DNA from: a virus
Taxonomy: Duplodnaviria > Heunggongvirae > Uroviricota > Caudoviricetes
DNA length: 64,000 bases
Direction: 5' to 3' (one strand)
Virus record (IMG/VR): IMGVR_UViG_3300033075_001920
The notes under the pieces are model-generated. The model was not told the DNA's origin, did no database searches, and was given only the letters and a program-made list of their open reading frames with translations. Shown one piece after another: positions 9,766 through 19,821 of the stretch. Position 1 is the first letter of the stretch; each line of letters starts with the position of its first letter. Position numbers and translations under genes: made by a program.

Positions 9766-10167
9766 ATGGATACAAGATTTATACACTACAGAACACCTAT
9801 GTACAGAGATGGTCAGTTCAGCCACTTTTTTCTTTGGGGACAGATTGATATTCATAATCAATTTAGTGAAGAATGTTTTATCGCGCCACAGCGTTATTCT
9901 CATTTCGAAATGAAGCCGGCAGAGGCATACATTTATACCATTAAGGGTGGGGTAAGAATTTATGAACATGATTTAGTTCTTGTTCAAACCAGAAAGTTGA
10001 TGCCGGGAGGATATATTGATCAGGTGGTTTGGGATGGATTACAGGGATATAAATTGAAAAATTACAAAGGTAATATGCCGGTAGAAAAATCATTCAGATC
10101 AATTATTGAAAAAGCGGGAAACATCCATCAAAATCCGGACTTAATACCTTACACCAAAAAGCAATGA
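9766..10167 (+). CDS. YopX-like protein
   Basis: GVRIYEHDLV and C-terminal GNIHQNPDLI match the YopX pattern. Confidence 0.65.
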   Translation: MDTRFIHYRTPMYRDGQFSHFFLWGQIDIHNQFSEECFIAPQRYSHFEMKPAEAYIYTIKGGVRIYEHDLVLVQTRKLMPGGYIDQVVWDGLQGYKLKNYKGNMPVEKSFRSIIEKAGNIHQNPDLIPYTKKQ

Positions 10168-10739
10168 AAATAACACTAGCAGCCAAAGCAGGGGATACCC
10201 TTTTAGACAAAATGCGGAATATTGAATATCTGATTGTGGATACTCTTTCAAGTGATCCGGGAGCTGGTATTTATGAAAAGACTGTGCAGGAAGCATGCAT
10301 CTGCTTAAACTTTTATCCGATGCACTGGCATTTAAAGCCGGTAGCCCCCAGAGATATAAAATATGTTATCATTCAATCCCCTAATTGCGTCCTGCACCCG
10401 TTTGGCACGGTATGGGAGGTTGATAAGGAAGATAGTGAATCCTATCGCATCTTAAGCCGGTCTATGGATAAAATACCTGCATCCTGGTGCAGCGAACTCC
10501 CGCCGGACTTTATAGAATCGGATTGCTTTAAGGATGCATATGGTCATCTACACAAGGACAAATCCAGTATTTTTGGCCATATAACAACTCCTGCAGGGAT
10601 GCCTTTAAACTTTTTTCGAAAAGAAGGGTATTATTCAGACGGTACCAGAACCGGAAAGTTTACCATAGAAGAGTACAAACACTACGAGGCATTTAACCGT
10701 CGCCTCAATTCTATCAATACATTAATCCAAGAAATATAA
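10164..10739 (+). CDS. hypothetical protein
   Basis: ORF, ATGA overlap. Confidence 0.7.
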   Translation: MKITLAAKAGDTLLDKMRNIEYLIVDTLSSDPGAGIYEKTVQEACICLNFYPMHWHLKPVAPRDIKYVIIQSPNCVLHPFGTVWEVDKEDSESYRILSRSMDKIPASWCSELPPDFIESDCFKDAYGHLHKDKSSIFGHITTPAGMPLNFFRKEGYYSDGTRTGKFTIEEYKHYEAFNRRLNSINTLIQEI

Positions 10740-11395
10740 TGGACTTTGTTTACTTGGTTTTAAGTGCCTCTTCTACACTATTAGCCCTCTATCTTTACTA
10801 TAAGGCATGTTCAGCTATTAAACTGTATTACAAAAACCGAGATAAGCGCCGCCAGAGCCGGCAGGATGCATTAGATTTAGCCGACCAGCATGTAAATGTG
10901 TTCTCAGATGATATTGCATTTAAAAACACTTACTCTGTGCCTGAGTGGAAGAAATTGGTAACAGATCCACTGACCAAGGAGAACTTTATAAAATACTGGA
11001 AGCTCTTATATCGCCATGAGCCAAAAGAATGCGGTATTGAACTACCAAGGTCTTTTCATCAATTTTTTTTCGGAGAAAATGTAAAAATTATTTTTCCGGG
11101 TGGAGACCCTGCAAAAGGAATTGAGCCGAAAAAAGTACTGGTCAAAGATTTTATAAATTTTTCAGATTCTCCGGTTGTTTCTGATTATGAGGATCTTTTT
11201 CATGTATCTGCAATAATTGGCATAGATCTGCAGCAAAGATTCTATTATTATTTAGACAGGGAGACACTACTGCCCAAATGGTGGCATATTAACCAGATAC
11301 CTCAGGCAAGAGAATTTATCAGACTTTACTTTTTTAACTGCGGTCAGGAAGCTTTTTTATCTTTATTTAAAAACTATCAGGGATTAATCAATTAA
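10739..11395 (+). CDS. hypothetical protein, N-terminal TM
   Basis: hydrophobic N-terminus. Confidence 0.7.
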   Translation: MDFVYLVLSASSTLLALYLYYKACSAIKLYYKNRDKRRQSRQDALDLADQHVNVFSDDIAFKNTYSVPEWKKLVTDPLTKENFIKYWKLLYRHEPKECGIELPRSFHQFFFGENVKIIFPGGDPAKGIEPKKVLVKDFINFSDSPVVSDYEDLFHVSAIIGIDLQQRFYYYLDRETLLPKWWHINQIPQAREFIRLYFFNCGQEAFLSLFKNYQGLIN

Positions 11396-11397
11396 TT

Positions 11398-11910
11398 ATG
11401 AAACAAGAATATATACTTTACATTCTCGCATCCGGTGTTTTAATCATATTTATATGGATGATTGTCAACATGATTCGTGCAAAAGCACTACTCAAAAAAC
11501 CGCCACTCAACACGTATAGAAAGATCAAATGGTCGTGGGTGGAAAATCACAAAATAAATGAAGTTATTGATCTGCTTCAATTTATCCTTGAATTCTACAA
11601 AAACCAGTACAATGATTTTAAGGCGTATATTGATGTAAGTGATAATTCGACAAATCGTATGGAATTATATAACAAAATAGAAGCTTTGAATATGCATCTC
11701 GGTTTATGTAATTTTATGACAGGGGCCCTACCTACTATTAATGATTATTCTTTTGATTACAATATATATCGGATAACCAAAAATTTAATATTAAAATCAA
11801 TTACTCAAGGCTGCTTTATTTCACCAACACTTTCCAGAAAAAGCAGTGTAAATGAAATGTTACAACGAATCAAAGACAGAATCGACTACCTTGAATATCA
11901 ATTAAAATGA
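11398..11910 (+). CDS. hypothetical protein, N-terminal TM
   Basis: hydrophobic N-terminus. Confidence 0.7.
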   Translation: MKQEYILYILASGVLIIFIWMIVNMIRAKALLKKPPLNTYRKIKWSWVENHKINEVIDLLQFILEFYKNQYNDFKAYIDVSDNSTNRMELYNKIEALNMHLGLCNFMTGALPTINDYSFDYNIYRITKNLILKSITQGCFISPTLSRKSSVNEMLQRIKDRIDYLEYQLK

Positions 11911-12107
11911 AAGACAAAACATATGAATATATTGTGCTTACAATATCTTCGGCTATTGTGATAATCTGCATGTTTATACCTCAAATAAACACATTTGCAA
12001 GAATAATGGTTGGCGTAATTAATGGATTAAATGTTGGGTTTACCATCGCTAGAATTAACGCAATCACTAAAAAAGACAAAAACAATCAAAACGATAATCC
12101 AATATGA
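11907..12107 (+). CDS. small 2-TM protein
   Basis: hydrophobicity. Confidence 0.6.
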   Translation: MKDKTYEYIVLTISSAIVIICMFIPQINTFARIMVGVINGLNVGFTIARINAITKKDKNNQNDNPI

Positions 12108-12406
12108 ATCTATTACAAATATACTTTTTCGACACAGGCAACGCCGCTCCTTTGACCGATTATGATATCAAAGTACTTAAAGGTATTTTGTTAATCCTAA
12201 CCGTTATATGGATGCTAGCAAGCATCTATACCATCTACTTATATAGAAAGTGCAAGGGAAAAAACTTCTTAAATCACAAAATATCGTTTTGGGAATTCTA
12301 CTTTTGGCAAAGTCCTATAAGTGCGTTTCATTATATAATGACTTGGTTATACGGGGTTTTGGTCATTATTTATGGCGGAGTATTGGTTGCAAATCTATTA
12401 TTCTAA
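12104..12406 (+). CDS. small membrane protein
   Basis: hydrophobicity. Confidence 0.6.
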   Translation: MNLLQIYFFDTGNAAPLTDYDIKVLKGILLILTVIWMLASIYTIYLYRKCKGKNFLNHKISFWEFYFWQSPISAFHYIMTWLYGVLVIIYGGVLVANLLF

Positions 12407-12950
12407 AATGAAGAAGCTAAAAGATTATAATCCGAGCGCATGCTCTTGCAATGGATGTCAGGCTGCATGCATGTCATCCCCATGCTTTCCAACTCCTGAG
12501 CAGGTGGAGAGGTTGATTAATGCCGGGTATAAAGAAGACCTGCGAATTTCGTTTTGGGCAGATGTTACCGCTCAGGGAGCAGATGATAAAAAGTTTGACA
12601 TATTCAAACAACTTCGCATTGTTGTAGCGCCTAAATCCAAAGGAAAGATAGTTGTGGGCGATAATATACTCTCACCATGCTCTCTGTTTAAAGATGGGAA
12701 GTGTATGCTGCACAACAAGGGATTAAAGCCTTTAGAAGGCACCCTTATTGATCATAACATGACCCAGCAGGATACGGTAGATATCCGAAATATGGTATGC
12801 GACACCTGGGTGAGTGATAAGGGGGTAGAAATTTTAAAGCTTTTTGAAGACGATGCGGATTTAAAACAGGTTTTGAATAATGAAACGATGTCAGTTGAGG
12901 ATAAACTTAAGGCAATGAAAACAAAGGTTGTAAGCGTAGCGAATGATTGA
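12372..12950 (+). CDS. YkgJ-like cysteine-cluster (Zn/Fe-S) protein; start likely 12408
   Basis: CSCNGCQAAC...PC...CSLFKDGKCMLH...KPLEG. Confidence 0.7.
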   Translation: MAEYWLQIYYSKMKKLKDYNPSACSCNGCQAACMSSPCFPTPEQVERLINAGYKEDLRISFWADVTAQGADDKKFDIFKQLRIVVAPKSKGKIVVGDNILSPCSLFKDGKCMLHNKGLKPLEGTLIDHNMTQQDTVDIRNMVCDTWVSDKGVEILKLFEDDADLKQVLNNETMSVEDKLKAMKTKVVSVAND

Positions 12951-14349
12951 ATTTATCTTAGGAAACAATATTGAGGTTATGGCCGGCATGCCGGAAAACT
13001 ACTTTCACAGTATTGTTACGGATCCTCCATACGGGTTAGGTCAGGAGCCTGATCCGGTGGAGGTGATGAAGGCTTGGACGGAAAGCGGGCATTACGATGT
13101 GAAAAACAAATCCGGGTTCATGGGAAAACAGTGGGATGCTTTTGTTCCCCAGCCGGCCATGTGGAAACAGGCATTCAGAATTCTTCGTCCGGGCGGACAC
13201 ATGCTGGTTGCATGCGGAACAAGAACCGTGGACTGGATGGCTATGAGTATCCGGTTTGGCGGGTTTGAAATCAGGGATATTATTACCTGGCATTACGGCT
13301 CAGGCTTTCCAAAGTCATTGAATATTTCAAAAGAAATCGATAAGCAGCTCGGAGCTGAAAGAAAAGTAATTGGCGAAGGGAAGCCTGTTAAACGAATTAT
13401 TCCCGGAGCGGATCAGGAAAAAACCGGTTCATGGTTAAAGGATAATGGACGAGAATTTGTACCAACCCTGACCGAGGCTGCCTCTGAAGAGGCTAAACAA
13501 CACGATGGCTGGGGCACAGGGTTAAAACCGGCTACCGAGATGTGGATTCTGTGCCGTAAACCCATCTCTGAACCAACCATCACCCTGAACGTGCTAAAAT
13601 GGGGAACCGGCGGGATAAATATTGATGAAAGTAGAATAGAGACACTGGATTCTACTTTACGAGAAAATAAAGGTGTTGAATGGGGAAACAGAAAAGATGA
13701 ATATTACGAAAACAATAAACCAAAGGTATTTGGTTCTGAACTAGGGCGTTACCCTGCCAATGTTATACTTGATGAATTTTCTTCTGAAATTATGGATGAT
13801 CAGGCTCCGGAAGCCGGAGGATGTGCTCCCGTCAATTCAGGATACAATGGCGATAGTCGTGGAATATTTGGGGATTTTAATCAAAAAGGCGGCGGACCCT
13901 TTTACAATGAAGATTTATCCGGAGCATCCCGGTTCTTCTACTGTGCTAAACCAAGCCAGTCAGAACGCAATAAGGGACTGGAAAAGATGGGTAGAAGTAA
14001 GGATGTGCTGTGCCAGACCTGTCAAATGTTGATTATTAAAAATTTTCAGTATAAAGATGTTCCCGGTATTTGCTATTGTGAAAATCCGGTACCAATGCCA
14101 CCAACCGGTAGAAACATGCATCCAACCGTAAAGCCGGTCAAACTTATGCGCTACCTAGTAAAGATGATTACTCCAAAAGGAGGTATCTGTCTTGATATGC
14201 ACAACGGGAGCGGTACCACCGGTATAGCATGCGATGAAGAGGGTTTTGATTACAAAGGAATTGACAATGAGAAAGAATACATTGAAATTAGTAAGCTCAG
14301 AGCAGCTGCGTGGCAGAAGGAAAGAGATACCCAGTTGAAATTGCTATAA
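12943..14349 (+). CDS. DNA N6-adenine/N4-cytosine methyltransferase (beta class)
   Basis: TDPPY motif IV near N-terminus; HPTVKP and LDMHNGSGTT motif I near C-terminus. Confidence 0.92.
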   Translation: MIEFILGNNIEVMAGMPENYFHSIVTDPPYGLGQEPDPVEVMKAWTESGHYDVKNKSGFMGKQWDAFVPQPAMWKQAFRILRPGGHMLVACGTRTVDWMAMSIRFGGFEIRDIITWHYGSGFPKSLNISKEIDKQLGAERKVIGEGKPVKRIIPGADQEKTGSWLKDNGREFVPTLTEAASEEAKQHDGWGTGLKPATEMWILCRKPISEPTITLNVLKWGTGGINIDESRIETLDSTLRENKGVEWGNRKDEYYENNKPKVFGSELGRYPANVILDEFSSEIMDDQAPEAGGCAPVNSGYNGDSRGIFGDFNQKGGGPFYNEDLSGASRFFYCAKPSQSERNKGLEKMGRSKDVLCQTCQMLIIKNFQYKDVPGICYCENPVPMPPTGRNMHPTVKPVKLMRYLVKMITPKGGICLDMHNGSGTTGIACDEEGFDYKGIDNEKEYIEISKLRAAAWQKERDTQLKLL

Positions 14350-14352
14350 AAA

Positions 14353-14673
14353 ATGAAAACATTGGTATTTGTAGCGACAAAGCACAACACTCGCAGAAAT
14401 GATTCTCGAACAAAAACATATTGGTCAATTCAACAAGATGAAATTCCGGATGGCGATTTAGTTGACGAATTTGGGTTTTTAAAAATACCAATAAGTTTAC
14501 ATTGGGCTGAATCTATAATTCCAAAAAAGATTAGAGAAATTTTAGAAACAAGCGATAAGGACGAAACCGGTTATGGATTAAAGCAGGGAAAATTTTCAAT
14601 CACCCTAAATAAAGATTTCGAGGAAGGTGAAACATTTGAAATTGAAGATATTATTGAAATTAAAAAAGTATGA
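14353..14673 (+). CDS. hypothetical protein
   Basis: ORF. Confidence 0.65.
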   Translation: MKTLVFVATKHNTRRNDSRTKTYWSIQQDEIPDGDLVDEFGFLKIPISLHWAESIIPKKIREILETSDKDETGYGLKQGKFSITLNKDFEEGETFEIEDIIEIKKV

Positions 14674-15053
14674 ATAAGCGGGAAAAATATACACATAGAT
14701 TAAAACATACATCTTCTTTACTCCTTAGAATTGACGCCGAGATATTTGGCAACAAGATGGACATCGTTCTAAGGTCTGATGCTAAAGTGAAATATGGTAG
14801 ATTTTTTATTCAAATTCAATATACAGATATTTGCAAAAAAACAGGGGAGAAAAAAGTATGGCATGGTAGAAAGTGGTATCTAAGCGATCATATGACGGAC
14901 GATGAAATCGTAAAGACCGCATACGCCGCATTTGAAGCTGCTGTCAAACATGAAATTCTCGAGGGATTCACAGTTGATGGTAAACCGCTTTTTAACCCGC
15001 ATATTGACTTTGAGGAACTGTTGAAAATAAAAAAAGAAGTAAAAAGAAAATGA
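14670..15053 (+). CDS. conserved-type phage protein
   Basis: WHGRKWYLSDHMTDDEIVKTAYAA...EHEILEGF. Confidence 0.7.
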   Translation: MNKREKYTHRLKHTSSLLLRIDAEIFGNKMDIVLRSDAKVKYGRFFIQIQYTDICKKTGEKKVWHGRKWYLSDHMTDDEIVKTAYAAFEAAVKHEILEGFTVDGKPLFNPHIDFEELLKIKKEVKRK

Positions 15054-15424
15054 CCAGACTACCGGATAATTTAAAATGTGTACTTCACAACGGAGGGTAT
15101 TATACTCACTGGGTGTCAATAAATGTAAATAAGACAAAGGCAGCAGCCAGAACATTTACAATTTCATGTCTGCATGTCTCTTCGGAATATGCAGCCCCTC
15201 ATTCAGGATTACTGCGCGATTATGTATGTGCTGAGCTGCCCCCCAAAGATGTAAAATCCATCCCGACTTTACTCGGATTTAGAAAACCGGGTATTGAATG
15301 TTTTGAAATTCTTTTTAAGGATCTTCCGGAAAATGTCAAAAACCGGTTCAGGGAATTTGAGCACATGCTTGTACAAAGACACATTGAAAAGCTTGATATC
15401 TGTCTGCAGATACTTAAGCACTGA
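15050..15424 (+). CDS. hypothetical protein
   Basis: ORF, ATGA overlap. Confidence 0.65.
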   Translation: MTRLPDNLKCVLHNGGYYTHWVSINVNKTKAAARTFTISCLHVSSEYAAPHSGLLRDYVCAELPPKDVKSIPTLLGFRKPGIECFEILFKDLPENVKNRFREFEHMLVQRHIEKLDICLQILKH

Positions 15425-15788
15425 TATGGACATTCAGGAATTTATAAGCAAGGTAATAGAACGGGGCAAGGTAGCTGCCAAAAGGGATTATACCGATGCA
15501 AAAGACAAAGATAGGCTCGATGGCTCATTGGCCGGCTTTGAAGCATGCAGGGGACTGGATGAAGAAGGCGTACTGGATTTATTCAGAACTGCCAATAAGT
15601 ATAAAAATGAAGCTTGGAGAGATCAGGTAGATAATTACTGGTATTTTGTATGTTATGCACTTGAGGTAGAATGGGTTTTAAACTGTATAAGTGCTAAAAA
15701 TAAGATAGAAGGAAAGCCACCATTACTCTATTATCATCCTACTGTAAACGCAATGAGTGTAACGGTTCGCATCTTGGACAGCCCCTAA
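15294..15788 (+). CDS. hypothetical protein; start likely 15426
   Basis: ORF. Confidence 0.65.
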   Translation: MNVLKFFLRIFRKMSKTGSGNLSTCLYKDTLKSLISVCRYLSTDMDIQEFISKVIERGKVAAKRDYTDAKDKDRLDGSLAGFEACRGLDEEGVLDLFRTANKYKNEAWRDQVDNYWYFVCYALEVEWVLNCISAKNKIEGKPPLLYYHPTVNAMSVTVRILDSP

Positions 15789-15826
15789 TCAACAAAAAAA
15801 TGTTCAAAAAATAATAAAAAATAATT

Positions 15827-15855
15827 GTTATTTTGAAAAATAACATATAAGTTTG
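15827..15855 (+). promoter_or_regulatory. promoter: palindrome GTTATTTTGAAAAATAAC plus TAAGTTTG
   Basis: exact TAnnTTTG match. Confidence 0.75.
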
Positions 15856-15914
15856 CCTCAGGTTAGGTAATAAACACATATAAAGAGTTAGTTGATAAAA
15901 GTCTGTACCTGAAA

Positions 15915-16655
15915 ATGGTGCAGGCTTTTTTTCCCTTTCTCGACACAATTACAAATATGAAACAATACAAGCACTATTCCTTTTCTTTATGGAAGACGCT
16001 GATAGTATCGCATCCGGATTTTAAATGGCAGATGGCGAAGTATTTTGCCGAGCATTTTAACCCAACGGTAAAATCAATTGAAGAAATTATAAGAATCTTT
16101 AAAGTTGTTGATGATACATGTAGTTTCACTAATGAAATAATTGGGCAGAAAATTGATGCATTCGAAATGTATGCAATGGTATTGTTTCAGCTTAAATATA
16201 AAGAACCGGTTGAAATGCAATCAATATATTCAAATTGTGTTAAACTATTTGAAAAATATCCACCAATACTTATTGAACAGGATATTTTACCAGTATTAAG
16301 AAGCTTGAAACAGCATTCTACAATTTCAATTATTTCGAATACTGGATTTATAAAAAGCACAGAAATTCGATATGTATTACAGAATCTAGGGATAAAGTGG
16401 TTAATAGATTTTGATATATACTCCGATGAAATCGGATATTCTAAGCCATCAACAATAGCATATAACCATCTGCTGCATAAAATTGAAGAAATTAATCCAG
16501 GTATAGAAGAAAGTTCTATTTTACATATTGGAGACAACCCAAACGCTGATGGTGTTGGAGCAAAAAACGCTATGATAGATTTTATTCTTTTCAATCCGGA
16601 CACCGAAAAACTCTCAGATCTAGTAATTCCTAAAACGATAGCAGTAAATGCTTGA
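15915..16655 (+). CDS. HAD-superfamily hydrolase-like protein (motif I Asp replaced by Ser)
   Basis: YSFSLWKTL, IISNT, YSKP, LHIGDNPNADG. Confidence 0.8.
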   Translation: MVQAFFPFLDTITNMKQYKHYSFSLWKTLIVSHPDFKWQMAKYFAEHFNPTVKSIEEIIRIFKVVDDTCSFTNEIIGQKIDAFEMYAMVLFQLKYKEPVEMQSIYSNCVKLFEKYPPILIEQDILPVLRSLKQHSTISIISNTGFIKSTEIRYVLQNLGIKWLIDFDIYSDEIGYSKPSTIAYNHLLHKIEEINPGIEESSILHIGDNPNADGVGAKNAMIDFILFNPDTEKLSDLVIPKTIAVNA

Positions 16656-17070
16656 AGAAGAAAACATAGAGAGTATATTTACAGATGCTGAGCGAAAGAC
16701 GTTCAAGAGCCGGTATAAAGATATCGGGGCTGGATATTATGATCTGGACTACGATATATCCAACGAAGCAATTATTCTGAATCAAAAGCTGCAGGCGCAT
16801 GTGGATGCTATTGAAAAGTTAAAAGTAATGGTATTTGAACCCAAAGACATTTACCACTATCCGGACCTGATGCGCTGGTGCCATGTTCACAATATAAAAG
16901 CCAAGGGATGTAATCCGATAAAAGATACTCAAAATCCTTTAAATCCCTTTCTCTTCACCCAGATTATTATCAAAGACCATATATTTGAACATGCCAGAAA
17001 AGAGAGTGGTATGCTCTTCGGAAGTAAATTATATCAGATTGCTGAAAACGTTCAATTGAGTTTATTATGA
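16648..17070 (+). CDS. hypothetical protein
   Basis: ORF. Confidence 0.65.
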   Translation: MLEEENIESIFTDAERKTFKSRYKDIGAGYYDLDYDISNEAIILNQKLQAHVDAIEKLKVMVFEPKDIYHYPDLMRWCHVHNIKAKGCNPIKDTQNPLNPFLFTQIIIKDHIFEHARKESGMLFGSKLYQIAENVQLSLL

Positions 17071-17426
17071 AAATCAGCAATACCCAGCAGACCGGCCCAG
17101 TACAGATACCTTTGAAAGGATTATCGGTTAACGAAGCTTACACCGGAAAAAGGTATAAAACAGACAAGTATCGTAATTTCGAAAGGTCAGCGCTGTTCAT
17201 TTTGCCTAAATTAACACTGCCGGAGCCTCCCTACTGCATCCATTTAGAATTTGGCTTGACCAACATCGCATCTGACTTTGATAATCCAATAAAGCCATTT
17301 GTGGACGTTTTGCAGAAGAAGTATAAATTCAATGACAAACTGATTAACAAGGGAATTATTGAAAAAATACCGGTAAAGGAGGGACAGGAATACATAAAAT
17401 TTGAAATAACTCATCATGGGAATTAG
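17067..17426 (+). CDS. rusA: RusA-like Holliday junction resolvase
   Basis: LSVNEAY...SDFDNPIKPFVDVLQ...NDKLI acidic catalytic pattern. Confidence 0.8.
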   Translation: MKISNTQQTGPVQIPLKGLSVNEAYTGKRYKTDKYRNFERSALFILPKLTLPEPPYCIHLEFGLTNIASDFDNPIKPFVDVLQKKYKFNDKLINKGIIEKIPVKEGQEYIKFEITHHGN

Positions 17427-18282
17427 AACAAGAATAGTAAAATGGATAACCGGTGTTGATTACGCGGTTATTAAGACGCACAAAGCCTTATTGGATGCGG
17501 CTTTAGACAAGCTAAAAATTGAAAACGAAATCATGCGTGTACGGTCTAATGATGGATTGAATGAAACCTATCTTTTTGACTTTACTTCCTATTCTGCAGA
17601 AGTTAATATGGGATTCAGACCGATGCCGATACAGGGAGCAATTGCAACCATTACAGCCGAGGAACAGAGTCCTAACCCGACTCCACTGGCGATTGGGGAG
17701 CAAATGATGTTTGGTGATGGTGGTGATGTCGTTGACGGATCTGATTCAAAACTAAATCCTCCTAAGAAAATAAAGGTAAAACCTATTGATGTGCTCAATG
17801 AACTTGAAACGGTGCCTACGCCATTTTCACTGGCCTTGCTGGATGAAAAAATAAACATACTTGAAGATAAGGCGCAGCTCATAACGCAGGTTTATGCAAA
17901 GCGGGAAATACTGGGATTGAAGGAAAGGCTTGTCAATCGCAAGAAGTATACTGAGCATAAGGCTTTTTTCGACAAGTTTCTAAATACCACTCAGGAAAAA
18001 GTAGACAAATTGCTTTCAAAGTATGAATTGGTAATGAAAACTGCAGACATATTCATCCCGGAATTCCCAGAACAGGCAACGGCTATCATGAAGGCGTATA
18101 CAGAAAAATGCACAGAGATAGGAAGTAAGAAACCGGTGTTTTATGTGATTGCTGAAGAGAATATGTTTCGGAAGGCATACGAGAAAAGAGATCCTATTTT
18201 ACTTGTCCAAAGTCCGTTTGGATTCTATTGGCAGATTTTGGGAGCTTGGGATCAGGAAATGTTAATTTTATCAGAACTGTAA
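17416..18282 (+). CDS. hypothetical protein (C-terminal DPILLVQ..WQILGAW)
   Basis: 288-aa ORF. Confidence 0.75.
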   Translation: MGIRTRIVKWITGVDYAVIKTHKALLDAALDKLKIENEIMRVRSNDGLNETYLFDFTSYSAEVNMGFRPMPIQGAIATITAEEQSPNPTPLAIGEQMMFGDGGDVVDGSDSKLNPPKKIKVKPIDVLNELETVPTPFSLALLDEKINILEDKAQLITQVYAKREILGLKERLVNRKKYTEHKAFFDKFLNTTQEKVDKLLSKYELVMKTADIFIPEFPEQATAIMKAYTEKCTEIGSKKPVFYVIAEENMFRKAYEKRDPILLVQSPFGFYWQILGAWDQEMLILSEL

Positions 18283-18605
18283 TGCCACATAGTAATACTT
18301 TTTTAAAAATTTGCATAGGGGTTCAGATTGTTATAATAATCATTGTATTCATTTTGATGAATACCGACAATAAACCATTTACTTTGTCTCAGGCTCAGAA
18401 AGATTCTTTAGATAGAGTCGAGCAGATCAGGGCTGCTGAGAAAAAAGAAAGGCAATTAAGGGGAGAAAATTACGAACCGTACTCCGGAAGCGCTATTCAA
18501 ATATTGGAATTTACAAAAGACAGTTGTGAATTCCTGATGATCTACCACAAAAGAGGTCATATCAACACCATCCATAAACCAAAATGCAAAAACCATGAAA
18601 ATTAA
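18228..18605 (+). CDS. membrane-anchored hypothetical protein; start likely 18282
   Basis: TM segment. Confidence 0.55.
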   Translation: MADFGSLGSGNVNFIRTVMPHSNTFLKICIGVQIVIIIIVFILMNTDNKPFTLSQAQKDSLDRVEQIRAAEKKERQLRGENYEPYSGSAIQILEFTKDSCEFLMIYHKRGHINTIHKPKCKNHEN

Positions 18606-18828
18606 ACTCATAGTATTATTATTGCTTGCCGGCTGCGGACCAAGAGTAGATAAAAGGCAGATAGAATGGTTTAACTCTGAAATCCAAATATATAAAGACT
18701 TAGGGGATAAGGCATACAAATCCGGAGATATGAAAAGGTACAAAATCTATCATGACAGGGCAATGCATCTTTGCGATTCCGGTATCATAGTATTTAATCA
18801 AGAAATGAGAAAAATGGACAATTATTAA
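18595..18828 (+). CDS. putative lipoprotein
   Basis: MKIKLIVLLLLAGC lipobox. Confidence 0.65.
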   Translation: MKIKLIVLLLLAGCGPRVDKRQIEWFNSEIQIYKDLGDKAYKSGDMKRYKIYHDRAMHLCDSGIIVFNQEMRKMDNY

Positions 18829-19308
18829 ACCCTATTATATGATTTTACTGTTAAATAAAGAAGCATTGGGATGGTTTATGGATGATCTATTCAAAGTGGC
18901 AATATTTATTACTGTCCTGGTCATACTTGCTTATATCGTTTACACAACAGTATTGCTGGGTAGAATGATATTTACAATGGTTTTAAAGAAAAAACAAAAA
19001 GAACAATAAAATGGTAGTATTAGAAGCAAAGGTATTGGGATTAAGCATGGAACAATTCGCATTGATTGCGTTTATGATTTTTATTGTATTGATGGCCGCG
19101 AGCATTACAGTGCTTCTGGTAATCATTGCAAGAGGACAAGGAAAAGAAAAAAATAAAAATCTCCAAAAGTCTGATGCTGACCAATAACCCTAAATTACGC
19201 CCACAACATTACCTGGATACAATCAGGTATGAAGATATTTATCTGTTATATTTTACAGAATTTACGACATTTGTAACCAAGGCTAAATAAAAAACCTTAC
19301 TTAATAAC

Positions 19309-19800
19309 ATGAAAAAATTAACCAAAGAACAGGAGCAAGAAATATTCAACTTCGCCCTGCAAGTCTCTACCCACCTTTTAGGCGACAAGAAAAAGAAAAT
19401 TGAACCCTCATTTGCCGACACCACGATTTCACACGTGAATGGTGAAACTACTATGAAGGTTATTCTTGCCAATGATTGCCCTATCGCCCTAAGATCTGCC
19501 AGATACGCTAAAACCATCGAAATCAATCCGGTTTTACTTGCCAAGGAAGGAAAGCAGATGATTTTATTTATCTGCATCTGGGGAATGGTAAGAGTGCACG
19601 ACAACGACGTAGATTCTGAAGGTACACTAGAAATGCATCTGGAAGCCGATAAGGATGCTATTAGCTTGCTGAAAGCTAATTACAAAGACTTTGATGCACC
19701 ATCACTTCTGACTGAACTTACGGCTTATTTTGCCAAATACCCTACGCAATTAAACCAGGAGAGGCTAAAACAGTTTGCAAAAATCTTAAAGAAAAAATAA
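19309..19800 (+). CDS. hypothetical protein
   Basis: ORF. Confidence 0.7.
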   Translation: MKKLTKEQEQEIFNFALQVSTHLLGDKKKKIEPSFADTTISHVNGETTMKVILANDCPIALRSARYAKTIEINPVLLAKEGKQMILFICIWGMVRVHDNDVDSEGTLEMHLEADKDAISLLKANYKDFDAPSLLTELTAYFAKYPTQLNQERLKQFAKILKKK

Positions 19801-19821
19801 TTTAAAAATAAGTATTATCTT

